A stretch of 64,000 nucleotides of DNA, counting the filler, from Diploschistes diacapsis (Eukaryota), in NCBI GenBank assembly GCA_023645945.1. It is 12 parts of 12 records of this genome, joined end to end, with 100 filler letters (N's around TTAATTAATTAA, not from the genome) between each part and the next. Parts side by side here need not be neighbours in the genome. Positions count along the whole stretch, not along the records: positions 1 to 25,972 come from JALAIB010000193.1; 11 more parts are not named here. The stretch is one strand, 5' to 3'. Of this stretch, positions 1 to 11,689 are shown one piece after another. Under the pieces are notes generated by a model. That model was not told the DNA's origin and ran no database searches. It saw only the letters and a list, made by a program, of their open reading frames with translations. Position 1 is the stretch's first letter, and each line of letters begins with the position of its first letter. Position numbers and translations under genes: made by a program.

Positions 1-87
1 ATGGAGCACTACCCCCCCCCGTGCAATCGCTATGCTACAACGACGACCGGCCCATCCAACCAAAACTCATCCCCTCCCTCCACCCTA

Positions 88-1463
88 CTACCTCCGTCTC
101 AGATACCAATTGAACGCCAGCCCGTTGACCTCGGTCCCAAACGGCGTCGGCACCTCGCCCAGGCCGGGCTTGGCCACGGGGTGCCGCAGATAGACCGCGG
201 AGCACACGGTGTGGTGCACCTCGAGGTACCGCGGGATGAAGGCGAAGGCGCTCATGTAGGGCCGCGGCCGCCAGGGCGTGGCGTAGGCTTTCGTCGGGTC
301 GATCGGGTTGTCGCGCGCCTCCTGCAGCGCGGCGGCCAGCATCTTTTCGTCCTGCGTCCGCAGCGTCCGGGTCATGGGCGGGGGCGCGTCGCGGGGACGG
401 CGCTCGCGTGGCGACGGTTGGGGCGGCGGGCGGTCGCCGGAAGAGGCGGCGGAGGGGTCGAGGCTGAGCTGTTCGGCGAGGAGGGAGAGGGAGGAGGAGA
501 CGGATTCGCGTTCGAGCGCGCGTGAGTTGGAGAGCGTGCTGCGGACTTGGCGCTGGAAGGCGCGCAGCTCGCGTTTGCGGGAGGCGGAGTGGGCGCTGGT
601 TGGAGCGGCGAGGATGGTCTTCGCTTGGGAGAGGAGGGATTGGAGGGTTGCTCTGGGGGTCGTGGAGGGCTCCGAGTCTTCGGAAGCGTCGGATGGGCGA
701 GTTGCTGTGGATTCCGAGGGTTCCGAGGGAGTTGGTTCTGAGGATGCGGAGCGCTCCCGACGTAAGAGGCGGCGTTCCTGGCGGCGCTCTTTGCCTGTTT
801 TGATGGCACCAGTGGCGAGGAGCACGCGCTCGGGATCGACCTGAAACATGTCGCCGGGGTTGAGGTGGTAACCTGGATGGACCATCTTGAAAAAAGTCAG
901 CATAGGGGCTTGGGGTTGCAGGTTGCAGCCGAACACGCCGACCTTTTTTCCGTTGACTCTGACGTAGCCGTGAACGCAGAATTGGCGAGCTTGCAGCACG
1001 CTGCTGGCGAACAGGGACCGGAAGATTGCAGTGTCCAGGCGGCGCTCTAACGGTGCGTAGAGCATGTGCATGTACGGTACCGGCTGGGTTTTCCTTTTGT
1101 TCTCCTCAGCACCCAAGCCCGACCCTCGACCAGAAGCCTCATCGGATCCATCATGCAATGCCAAGTACTTGGGATCCATAGAGACAACTGAGCGCATGGT
1201 TGGGCTGAAGAGGCGCTGCCAGTGCTTCTCTTTGAGCGTGATGCCGTGGTATGTTCGAGTTAAGGATTTCGAGTACCATTTCTGCTGGAAGTAGGTCTGG
1301 CTCCTGTTGATTGGATTTCTTAATCTGGTCAGGTTATAGAGGTTGTATTTGTTCCATGACTGTCGAAATTTCTATCACGCATGTTAACTTGGACCAGCGC
1401 CTGCCGTGAGAAGGAGCTGAATACAGGTCTTTTCAATGCATGCAGGTTTTTGTTGCGCGGCAT
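88..1463 (-). CDS. NAM9: Mitochondrial ribosomal protein uS4m (Nam9)
   Basis: Spliced model: ATG 1463 ([13 protein letters not shown]), intron 1424-1372, then [22 protein letters not shown]4 motif [36 protein letters not shown]; 57-nt intron 942-886; C-terminus [28 protein letters not shown]. Confidence 0.93.
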
Positions 1464-2306
1464 AGTAGCAAGGGAGGTCTAAGAATCTCCTTTCTTCACA
1501 CCAATGCGAGCAATCAAGCACAGTATGCTCTCTTGCAGCAGAGCAAAGCAGGTAGTAGATGTCTAACGTCTACCAAACCACAAACCACACGGGGCTAATC
1601 AAGCTTTTCAAAGTTTTTCCGGTCCGATAGAGCTAGACCCAAAGAAGATTGAGGCTCAATGGTCTTGGCATATGGCATATCAATGTATTCATTGTGGGTT
1701 GGTTGACAGCAACGGGTGGACGGCTACTAGGGGCGCTATCGAACGCAACGTAACAGCAAGTAAATAATAATGTAGAGAGTTATTCATCGTCAGAAGACTC
1801 CCCACTTGGGCCATGCCATACATAAGGGAAGCTGCAGCACCATCACACAAAAATTTAAGAGCGCATGATAGTCCCTTTCCAAGGCGGAGAAGGTATGAAT
1901 GTCATTGGTTCAGAGCTATCATTGACCCCTTAAGGAACTTAGCTCTAACCAACAAAGAACTAGCTCCCCCTTGCTTCCTTTTCCTTGACCCGATGAGGGA
2001 ACTTAGCGCATTCTCCGTGAAATTGCTATCGTCCCTCACATTTCCCCCCTTCTTCCCCCATCTCTTTGCATCTATCCGTGTTGGTTGAACCTCCTCTGTC
2101 CATTGCACGATATCGATCGCTGCTACGCTACTGGGTGCTGAGCGCCGTCCTCTCCTTTTTTTTTTGCGTTCATCATATTGATCATAGTCACTCATTTGAG
2201 ACAAGCAATCAATCGACTAGAGGTCTAACATCCAAATCACCGACACTCGTTCACATCCTCCATATTCAATTAACTCGCAATACCAGCCATTGCAACAATA
2301 TTCGAA

Positions 2307-3555
2307 ATGCTTCGCTTTGGATTCCTGGGCCTGCTGGCCGCCTTCATCGCGCCGGCTGTCGCGCAGACTTTCACGGCATGCAGCCCGTTGAACTCGACCT
2401 GTGCTCCGGACCCGGCTCTGGCCATGGAGTACAACTGGAACATGACCAACACCACCCTCGACACCACCCAGGGCGTTTGGAACATGACCGGCGAGGGTAT
2501 CAGCTACTTGAACAACTACGCCGAATTCACAATCGACGCGAAAGGTCAGTCGCCGACAATTCAGTCCAGCTTCTATGTCTTCTGGGGCTCCGTTAGCGTC
2601 ATCATGAAAGCGGCCCACGGACAGGGCATTGTCAGCAGTATCGTGCTGGAATCGGACGACCTGGATGAAATCGACTGGTAAGGACTTCTGTCGCTAGTAG
2701 TAGCGAATCTAGTTCTAATACGAGTACGCAGGGAGTGGATCGGCGGTAACTCGACCCATGTTCAAACAAACTACTTTGGCAAGGGAAACACAACGACCTA
2801 CGACCGTGCAGTGTGGGTGCCTGTCAGCAATCCCCAAGACCAAACACACAACTACACCACCGTCTGGAACCAAAACGAACTGCAGTGGATCATCGACGGC
2901 CAGGTCGTGCGCACGCTGCCCTACGCCGAAGCAGATGGGGCCGGCCAGTTCTACCCTCAGACACCCATGCAGCTCAAGCTGGGCTCATGGGCCGGCGGCG
3001 ACTCGGCCTCCAACGGGACCGTTCAATGGGCCGGCGGCGAAGTCGACTACTCGCAAGCACCCTTCATCATGTCCGTGGGCAACGTCCACGTCAACGACGC
3101 GCAGCGCAACGTCAGCTCCTACACGTACAGCGACCACACCGGCGCCTTCGACAGCATCAAAATGGCCACGTAAGTCCCTGATCCCCCTCTCTTCTCCTCA
3201 CGCGCAACACTGACCGTTGCCCCATAGCGGCCAATCCTCCATCTCCAACACCCTCACCCAACCCCCACCCGAAAGCGTGACCCAAAAGTTCAACGCCCTC
3301 CCCTCAGGTGCCAAAATCGGCATCTTCGCCTCCGTCGGCGGCGTCGTCATCGTCCTGCTCGCGCTGGGCTGCTGCTGCTGCGTGCGCCAGCGCAAAGCGG
3401 GCCGCAAGGAGCGCGCCCTCGCCGACGCCGAGTGGGACAAGAGCAACTCGGAGCTCCTGGCCTACCGCAACCAGATGGCCAGGGGCGGCTTCGCAGCCAG
3501 CAGCATCCCGCTGTCGCCGAACCCGCAGTATGCGGCCGCTTCGCACAAGTTCTGA
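2307..3555 (+). CDS. GH16 Crh-family cell-wall transglycosylase with signal peptide and C-terminal transmembrane helix
   Basis: Signal peptide, QTFTACSPLN, GIVSSIVLESDDLDEIDW|E catalytic motif across intron 2678-2731, QTNYFGKG, YPQTPM, WAGG. Second intron 3170-3227. TM segment IGIFASVGGVVIVLLALGCCCC followed by a basic stretch. Confidence 0.9.
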
Positions 3556-5174
3556 TGAGGGATTGGATGGGTTTTTACGTCTTGATTGATGTTTTTTGAT
3601 CGGAGTTTCGTGTTATGTCGGGCGAGGGGGGGTTTGCTTTTGCTCCCGCCTTTGGATTCTTTACCGGGCAGCAGGTGATGGCTGGAGAGAGCAGCCGCGA
3701 TGAGGTCGCTTGCATGGGCAGGCGGGAAGGCGGGAAGGTGGGTTGGACGGCACTTCTGGTGCTGCTGATGCTGCTGCTGCTGTTGCTGCTTGCTACTTGC
3801 CACTATTAAGTAAAATATCTATACCCCGAATCAATAAAACCAATATATACATTTCATACCGGACGTCGGTGAGGTGGAGGAAAAAATTGTTTGTGAGATA
3901 ACCAGCTTTCTCGATAAAATTGTTCCCCCCAACAAGCAACTGCATGTTCGTTGTGATGGACTTCTTGAGCTGGTGCTGTATAGGTCCAAGTACGCGTTTT
4001 TGATCCACGGGGGGCGTCACATGGTCATCGTAACTTCCTTACAGGAAAATCGGGTTGTCCAGAGCGTTTTGTTTCCGGCTGTGGTGAGTGACTTATCAAG
4101 ATGTTCGAACAGAGAAGTTCTTTCGGTCGGTCGTCTGCTAACGTTTGTTCCCAACGTTCAACCAGAAGATTCGGCTATTTTCCTAGTCTTTTTTTTTTTT
4201 TTGCTTAGATAAAAGGACCTTGTTTTCTTTTTCTTGAATCTTTTTTTTCTTCTTCTGTCGTGAAGGGGGGTTAGTCAGGTATAGAAAGAAGTTGGCGGGT
4301 GACGGAGATTTTGTTTTCTTTCTTCTACACCACATAAAAGTGCGCGGCTTTTGAATGATTGGGAGCAGACGGGTGTGCACTGAATTGCTGTCACTGTTCA
4401 TGATGTATTAACTAGGGACATGCGGACAAGGCAAGAAGACATTACAGTCTGTTTCGATCCTTTTAAGCAAGTTTTTTTCCTTTCATAGTGCAGGTCTGCT
4501 TGCTTTGATTTTATACTGCTGTGTTCTATTGAGCATGACGGTACATATGTATCACTTAGTGGCTTCTATCAACATATACCGTACATTCAACCTACCCGTC
4601 TCTTATTGAGTACGGATATACCAATCTGCTTCCAGATTTTCTGTCGGAAGTGGGTGATTTCTTCACCTATAGAGTGATTGACATGGTGATTTAGTCTGCA
4701 ATATGTTGACGTGTTCCGACCAAGACAATGCCTCTATTCCCCGTCAACACTCTGAGCCCCATCACAAGTGATCGAACCTCTTTACTCACCGTGAACAACT
4801 GTACCGTTCACAACCGAGCGTCCGTGAATCTGCTCGACCTCAACCTTTTCCTGCATCTCTCAAGTGCCTTCGATCACTATGAAATGTTCCTGTGTCTTAG
4901 CAAACACTGAGAATCTTACACCATGACCTTCCGGGACAGAAAAGGCTATGCTTGCTCGCGCCTCAACTCGGCTGCGCTTCCTATTTGGGACGAGTTATCT
5001 CGCTCACTAAGTCCTCCCATCGATCCCAGACTGCTTTAAGAACCTCAACACTTCGATATAGGCAGTTTTGTAACGCAGTCTATTGTTAGCATACCGAACG
5101 AACGCCGTCAAGCTGCCACCGTGTCCATACAGGAAGCTTCGTCGAGTCAAGGGAACACTACCAGTCCAACCTCC

Positions 5175-6497
5175 ATGGACGGCCAACAAGTCAAGAAAAA
5201 GGAGACAAGGGAAGAGCGCATGGCACGCTACGTGGCGGAAATTCCACAACACACGGCAAACTATAAGTTACCGCCAACACGAAACCGCTCCGGTCTGCAG
5301 TTCAACTACGTCTCCATGTGGGTCGAGATCCGGCTGAAGTGGCACGTCAATATGATCGAACCTCACGGGCCAGCAAGTATTTTCTTTCGGACCCCCCGAT
5401 CGGGCGTCTCGTACGATGTCATGGAGAGCATGTTCAAACTGGTGAACAAGACGGACCAGTGCTGGGCCGGCGCGCTCCTGACACAGCTCTATCTCGGTTG
5501 GCAGAACGAGGTGGATGAACAAAGTGACTTTTACATACATGCACTGACTAGCAGGCATGTAAAGGCGTTGTGCGAGTATTATGGTGTCAATTTGAGTGAC
5601 GACAAGCCGCTCTCGCTCGAGGATATGCCGTCATGTTATAAGAACGTGTTGCTGGCAAGGGTACCAAGGAAAGTTTTCAGACCGAACCCAGATGGGGACG
5701 AACCACCAAGCGATGAGTCAGAGACGGATCTGCCATCCGACGACGAATCTATAAAGGACGTTGATAGTATCATTGTAAACCCGTTCCTGGACTTGAGCTT
5801 AGAGAACCGCGACGCTCACGAAAATCTCGAGCAAGAGCCACAGGCTGACAATTCGACGCTTCAAGACGAGGAACTGGATTCAAAGAGTGGTAGCGATTCC
5901 GATTCGGACTTTGATAGTGACTATATCAATAACTTTGGAATTCCCAGCATGAAGGGGGTTCAATTTATGGAAAGACGGAAGAAGATACTGGAGGCCAACT
6001 ATAGGGACAAGGCGGTTGCTGCTGGTGTTCCAATCCCAGAATTCACATGGGACTGGCTGAGTTTGGGACTGCTAAGGCAGCAGAGGACAGAGGATGAGTT
6101 ACGGACGGATGAAGATTCTATGGCGCCGGTCAGAACAAGTGACGAAACTTGGCAGCTCAAAAACAAGCCGGAACCCCCGTGGGATGTCAACTGGACCTCA
6201 GCTAGCGAGATTGAAGGAGCAGGCGGATCTCAGGATGAGTTGGAACCTTTATCCCATACTCAAGAGGTCGAGCGTAGGCAAAGAGCAGATTCAGTCGACA
6301 GAGCCCTTGAAAAGAGGGATAAGCGAAAATGGCAGGCAGACTCGACTGATGGAGATGCTGTTGAAGAGGACACACCAGCCAAGAAAGTGCGTGAAGAGCG
6401 TGGGCGTAAGCGAGTCAGTTTTGGAGATTCGCTGCGACGGCAGATCGTGATATTCGAGGACAGGGTATCACCCCAGAGGTTCAGGATGTGCCATTGA
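5175..6497 (+). CDS. Hypothetical protein, acidic C-terminal half, no recognised domain
   Basis: Uninterrupted ORF of >440 codons; first ATG at 5175. The frame continues upstream to ATG 4923 across a single TAA (5037-5039). Confidence 0.6.
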   Translation: MDGQQVKKKETREERMARYVAEIPQHTANYKLPPTRNRSGLQFNYVSMWVEIRLKWHVNMIEPHGPASIFFRTPRSGVSYDVMESMFKLVNKTDQCWAGALLTQLYLGWQNEVDEQSDFYIHALTSRHVKALCEYYGVNLSDDKPLSLEDMPSCYKNVLLARVPRKVFRPNPDGDEPPSDESETDLPSDDESIKDVDSIIVNPFLDLSLENRDAHENLEQEPQADNSTLQDEELDSKSGSDSDSDFDSDYINNFGIPSMKGVQFMERRKKILEANYRDKAVAAGVPIPEFTWDWLSLGLLRQQRTEDELRTDEDSMAPVRTSDETWQLKNKPEPPWDVNWTSASEIEGAGGSQDELEPLSHTQEVERRQRADSVDRALEKRDKRKWQADSTDGDAVEEDTPAKKVREERGRKRVSFGDSLRRQIVIFEDRVSPQRFRMCH

Positions 6498-7140
6498 CAA
6501 CTGAAGCGGAGGAAAGGTGTGAGCCATCGTCCTGGACTCCATAAAGGAAGCTTGATTGTGTAACAGGAGGATATCTGGTCTGGTCAAAGGCATAGACATA
6601 GTGATGTTTGGTGGACTAAGAAGTGACGAGTTGATGCTTGCACAATTGAATATATCCTGGAAAATATAGTTGGCTTAGCAAAGCAATTTGCCTCGCGCCT
6701 GCTAGACGAATGTTGGATAAGTTCTCAGATTATATAAGGGTATATTCCCTTGTAAGTCGCTTACCACTTGTTCTTAGGTGATTCGCTGACCAAGTAGACT
6801 TCCTCCACCTAGATATCCATGAACGTTTTGTACCCTTCAGGTCCTCTCAAACATCTAGATACTTGCTTTAGTGGCTCCTTGTGTCTGGGATCATTTATGA
6901 AGACCCCAAACAAATGAGGCAGGAAATTAATCGTGACAGCGCGAGAGATGAAAGAGACCAGGAGATGCTAGCTTCTCGGCTTCACGGGAAATCCTGTCAG
7001 CGCGCGCTTACAGTAACTAATAAAAACCGATATGAGAAACCGGTTTAAATAACTGAGGAACCGGGAAAGCTTTTATTTAGCTCTCGCTGTAAAGTGAGGC
7101 GCGCAAAACAAATACTTTTTTCAGGCCGCCTTGCCCTGAA

Positions 7141-7225
7141 GAGCTGGCAGCTGGAGCCGACCTCGCTGGCCATGGCGTCACCACCTATGACGATGGCGCT
7201 TGGCATTGCTCTACAATAACTAGAA
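7141..7225 (+). repeat. Dispersed repeat, probable degenerate short solo LTR (copy A)
   Basis: GCTGGCAGCTGGAGCCGACCTCGCTG..CTATGACGATGGCGCTTGGCAT aligns by eye with 42531-42610; weaker similarity to 7590-7680. Confidence 0.55.
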
Positions 7226-8705
7226 TTCGGTAAAGTAAAGGGATAAAACCAGATTTATATTATTATCCGAGAAATAGGTATAATTGATATCGAGATCAAT
7301 ACGAAAGGAAAGCGGACTAAAAGCATGACTTTATATGCCAAAAATGAGACCATATAAAGTGTGACCTATAGGGTCATAGATCCCCCGCTGCCACAGCCAC
7401 GCACCTATATATAGTGTAATAGGGAAACAATGCTTCGGGGTTCCTGAAAGCATTGTGGTTAGTTCTTTTGGCTCAGTGGGATAGTTGCTACCTATTAGGT
7501 GCTATTCCCCGCTGTTACAAATATCTATTATTAAAGTATTTACAGTTTAAATTGAGACCTTACAGCAACGTACTTGCTACTGCGAGTTGGGCCTCGCTCA
7601 TGTCGCCTACGCCCCGGGGTCGCTGCTGGGTGCAGCAGCATCTACCTACAACGATGCTGCCCACATTAGCTATATAGAGTTTCTATTCCTACCTAACTGG
7701 AGCCAACCTCGATACAACTGCACGCCTCAATCACACAAAACCGATCGAGGATCATTTACAAACTTTACGCGATATCGTTAACCATAAAGGATATCGATAC
7801 GATTGTTGAATTAAACCGACCGTTCTTTTTATTCGCGCCAACAGGCTGGGCTTCGAAGGAAAACTAAAGATGAGCACGGCATTAAGAGAAAACCTTATTG
7901 GCGCGGTGCCCTTGAACCTATATCAATGGCGGTTGATCGGTAAAAGCTTTTTTGACGGGTTTCTTGTAGGGTAGACTGGCGTCCTGGCAGAGGCCTTGAC
8001 GTCCCCATTCCCCCAGTACGCGGCTCGAGTCTGAGATGGTAAGTTCTCCTTGTATGAACCCAACCCCCTTCGTAGTCAGTGTTGGTGACGAAAGGTGCGC
8101 TTCAGCACTACATCGCGCGATACATCGAGAAGATGGAAAAAACTTGATGGTTTTGTGAGGGGCTAACACCCCTTACACCCCTACTACAGCCTCCATCGTC
8201 AACTGTTGGCTCGCGCCCCGCCTCCTTCTTGCCGGGACCGAGGTTCCACGACAGAAATCAGCGGCTGATCCCCAGGTACGGTATGGCTTGACTACTATTA
8301 GTTTTGGCCAATATATATCTAGATAGTAGCACGATTGTTTTAAGGTTGTTTCAAAGCTTTGACAGCGAACCTGGCTAACTGACCAGCCAGCTACTTTGGA
8401 TACCTAACTAATAACCCCCCCGTCTCAAAAGAGTGTCGGGCACTGAGTTTTTTTGTTCCTAGGTTTTGGGGGTATTAAGCGTGACCAAATACCCTTGCTA
8501 TATGCTGCGCTCTTTCAATATTCCTTTCTTGATTCCTAAATTGAGACGACTCTAAACCAAAGAATGTTCTTGTTGACAATACTGATCGCCGCTCGCCTTG
8601 CTCTGTAAGAAATCCTTCCCTCGCCAAGATAGACCACAATGGAGCGATGTTTCCCCCCAAGATTTCGAGCCCCTAAACAAATGTTGCTTGCTGGACCGCG
8701 CAAGG

Positions 8706-11337
8706 TCAGTGAGACTCATGATACTGTGGTACCACCTCCAATACCTCTGCGAGGAAGTCGATACCCTTATCACAAGTCTCTCTTATCGCCCGTTGCTTCA
8801 AGAATTCACTCAGTCCTTCATGGGGCTGCTCTCTGGGAACCTCCACCCTAGAGCTTGCTAAATAGGTCTCGTTGACGCCCCTATGCTGGAGCTGATGTAC
8901 CGACAGCTCCATTTTCGTGACAATCCTTTCACAAGCATTGCCTAATAACTGGAATACCTCGTGAACGGCCTCGTTTGTTAATTGGCCTTCGTATTCCAGA
9001 GTGAATTGTTGTGGTTCCTGTTCGAAAAAGATTCGTACTGAACCCCGTTTCTTGGAGAACTGGGCTTTCCTGAGGAACCAGGCTGACTTGGTCCACTCAG
9101 AGGCAGCAGGCGAGTTATTCTGGGGTCCCTGAGTTGGCCCAGAGTTCGACGATGCTTGGCCCGCGTTTAAAGCTGAGCTCGATGCTTTGCTCCGAGCCTG
9201 CGCAGGGGTTGAGAGAACGACGTTCGAAGAACCTGCAAGGTCCACGACAGGAGGTACACGGTGGAGTACCCCATTATCAGGTTCGGCACGATGCTCTGGC
9301 TGTGAATCATTAGTGCTTGGCGATACCGATTTTCTGGTTTCCTCATTCGCTCTTCGCTTTTCCACCGAACCGTTCCTTGTCTGGTCATCCGATAGGACTT
9401 GGTCAATTGTTCGCTTCTTCACCAATTTGGTGTTGCTATCGGCAGGCGACTTCAATATAGCGATGGTGTTAACGATGGTGTTAACGCCTTGAGATGATTG
9501 AGGTGCTGAGACATACTGAGCCCAAGACGTCCTTAAGGAACCGCTATCTTCTTTTGTATTCATAGTCGGCTGAGGATGTGCGGTCGAGTTGAGAAGCGGC
9601 AGACGTGGCTCGGTGCTCTCCGTTCTCGGTAGTGTTCCATCTCCGCTTTCCCTGAGCCGGTCCAAAAGACGGCTTGATTCCTTTGCTGGCATACTCTGTG
9701 AATCCTTTGGGTTAGATGATTCGGCACAGCTTGCCTCTGCGGTTCTGGAACGGAGCCCAGGCTCAGCCTGTTTTCCGGCATCCTCACCAAGCGCAGACAA
9801 GCTTGCAGATGGCGGGCCTTCTGAATGACTACGACAGGTTTGTACTTGCGTTAGAAAATGCTGTAAGCAATTTCGGCGGATCTTCGTCAACCTTTGTCGA
9901 AGCTGTGGGTCTTCGATCCGGCCTAGAACACGAGCGCGTTCCTCGAGTCGGGCCGCTACAAGCACCTTCGCCCAACAGGAGTTTCGATAGTCTAGAGTGC
10001 AATGCGGCCTTCTGGAACGAATGAACTGGCCGAAAGAGCTCTCCAGTGCCCGCTTCGCCTCCGAAAATGACGGCAACGTTGAATTCTCGTCTTGATCGTT
10101 CCAGACGAAGGCGGGGTTCTCCTTTAGGAGCTTAGAGATCTCGTTTTGTATAACTTCGCAGACAAACGGTTCGTTGACAAGCCCCAAGGCCCGTGTCATC
10201 TTTCCCCAGTCGGGTTTCCGTCCATCCGTAAGAATATTCCCGTCGTACCACGACTTTGGAAAGAACGCTCTGTTCTCCATATCAGTTTCTATTGGCGAGG
10301 CTTTGTTGCATCCGTCAACATATAGAGCTGGGAAGAAATCAACGCGCCACTGCTGCGGAACGGGAACCTTCGCTATTCGCTCGTCCGCTGTCAGGTCCCT
10401 GCAATGCGCACCAAGCGGATACGAGGGTAATGATAGCCCAGCAACCACAGGAGCGCCAAGGGTTGCAGTGGCCATGCCTTTCGAGCAAGCAAAGTCTGGT
10501 TCTGCGGCAGCTGCCTCAAAGGGAACCTGCAGCAAGGGTGATTTTGGTATTGGATGTGCAAAGTTTTGTAGGCTAACGGGCTTCAGCTTCAAGACGATAA
10601 TTCGTCGCTCCTTTTCCCGACCCTCGTCGGGTACAGCCCCGATTCTCTCGCCGGAATCTGGAACGACGTGCTTGCTCGGTGGTGCTGCTTGTATGTCTTG
10701 TGCTACACGAGCTTCTCCTTCGGGTGAGGCGAAGTCAGGATTTCGCGAATTGGGTATCCTAGTTTTAGTCCGTGGTTTTCCCCGGCCTTGACTTCTGTAG
10801 GCTCTCTTCCCTCGAATCATCAGGCAGAGTGCTATAGCGTTTTGATGGACGAACCTGGTTGAGAACAACGGCAAGCGACTGTAGAATCTCGCGTAGTGGC
10901 TTAAAGTCACGAAGCAGGCTACCACTAGTTAAGCATGCTCTTAGTAGGTTTGAGGAACCATACCTTTTCTGTGAAGCTCCACTGGAGTAGGCCAACAACC
11001 TAGGATGATGTTTCTGACGATCGGGACCGAAGAGGGACGGGCCTTTCCACTCGAGGAACTGAAGCAACTTCTCGTCCACAACTTTTGGATTTGAGTACCC
11101 TCGGAACGGGCTTCTAAAGCAACGAAGATCTTCAGGCTCTAGAAAGCTCACAAAAAGCTGACAGTCTTGATGTACTTGCTGAACGCTTGACCGTAATTTG
11201 CCAGCATCTGATCCCGACGCATGACGAGTAACGTCAAAGCCTAGACGTAGAAAGCAATCAAGAATACGTGGAGGAGGCTCAGAGCAACGAAACTTGTTTA
11301 TAGTCGTGCCTCTGGTTATACAGTGCTCAGACTTCAT
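8706..11337 (-). CDS. Large hypothetical protein (multi-exon, ends uncertain)
   Basis: The 739-codon ORF 8706-10925 can be joined in frame to the upstream ORF 10765-11466 through GTATGG..TAG (~10963-10925) and GTTCGT..AAG (~10858-10807) introns. No family recognised; 3' exons may extend to ~8475. Confidence 0.6.
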
Positions 11338-11689
11338 GGGGTGTACATGGCATTGGATAGGAAGGTGGTCGAGAATGGTATGGTATGGCCAAGTAAAGAT
11401 AAAGAACGACGAAAATGGCAGTAGCACGCATACTTGTATGTTCTCGATAGTGGCAAAAGAATCCACGAACAGTCTGGGCTCTTGTCAGCCAATGAAGCCA
11501 GAACTGACATGGCTGTCAACGGCCACTGGTAAATTGAACAAGCCGATGGATTGATGGGCGGCACGTTGGTTACAGGCAACAGCCCACTTTGAGTGTTTCA
11601 AACAAGAAATCGGACTATGTAGCCAGGACGTTAAAGGATTAGGTATAAGTTGGCCAGGGAGTGCGAGTAGGGACGCCAATAGTAACTTA

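Noticed and set aside
1..844. Plus-strand ORFs overlapping NAM9 (and similar shadow ORFs over other GC-rich genes)
   Set aside because: Antisense or alternate-frame shadows caused by high GC codon bias.
7582..7598. GCGAGTTGGGCCTCGC hairpin resembling vertebrate telomerase P6.1
   Set aside because: Short match inside a probable LTR relic, with no template or P6 context.
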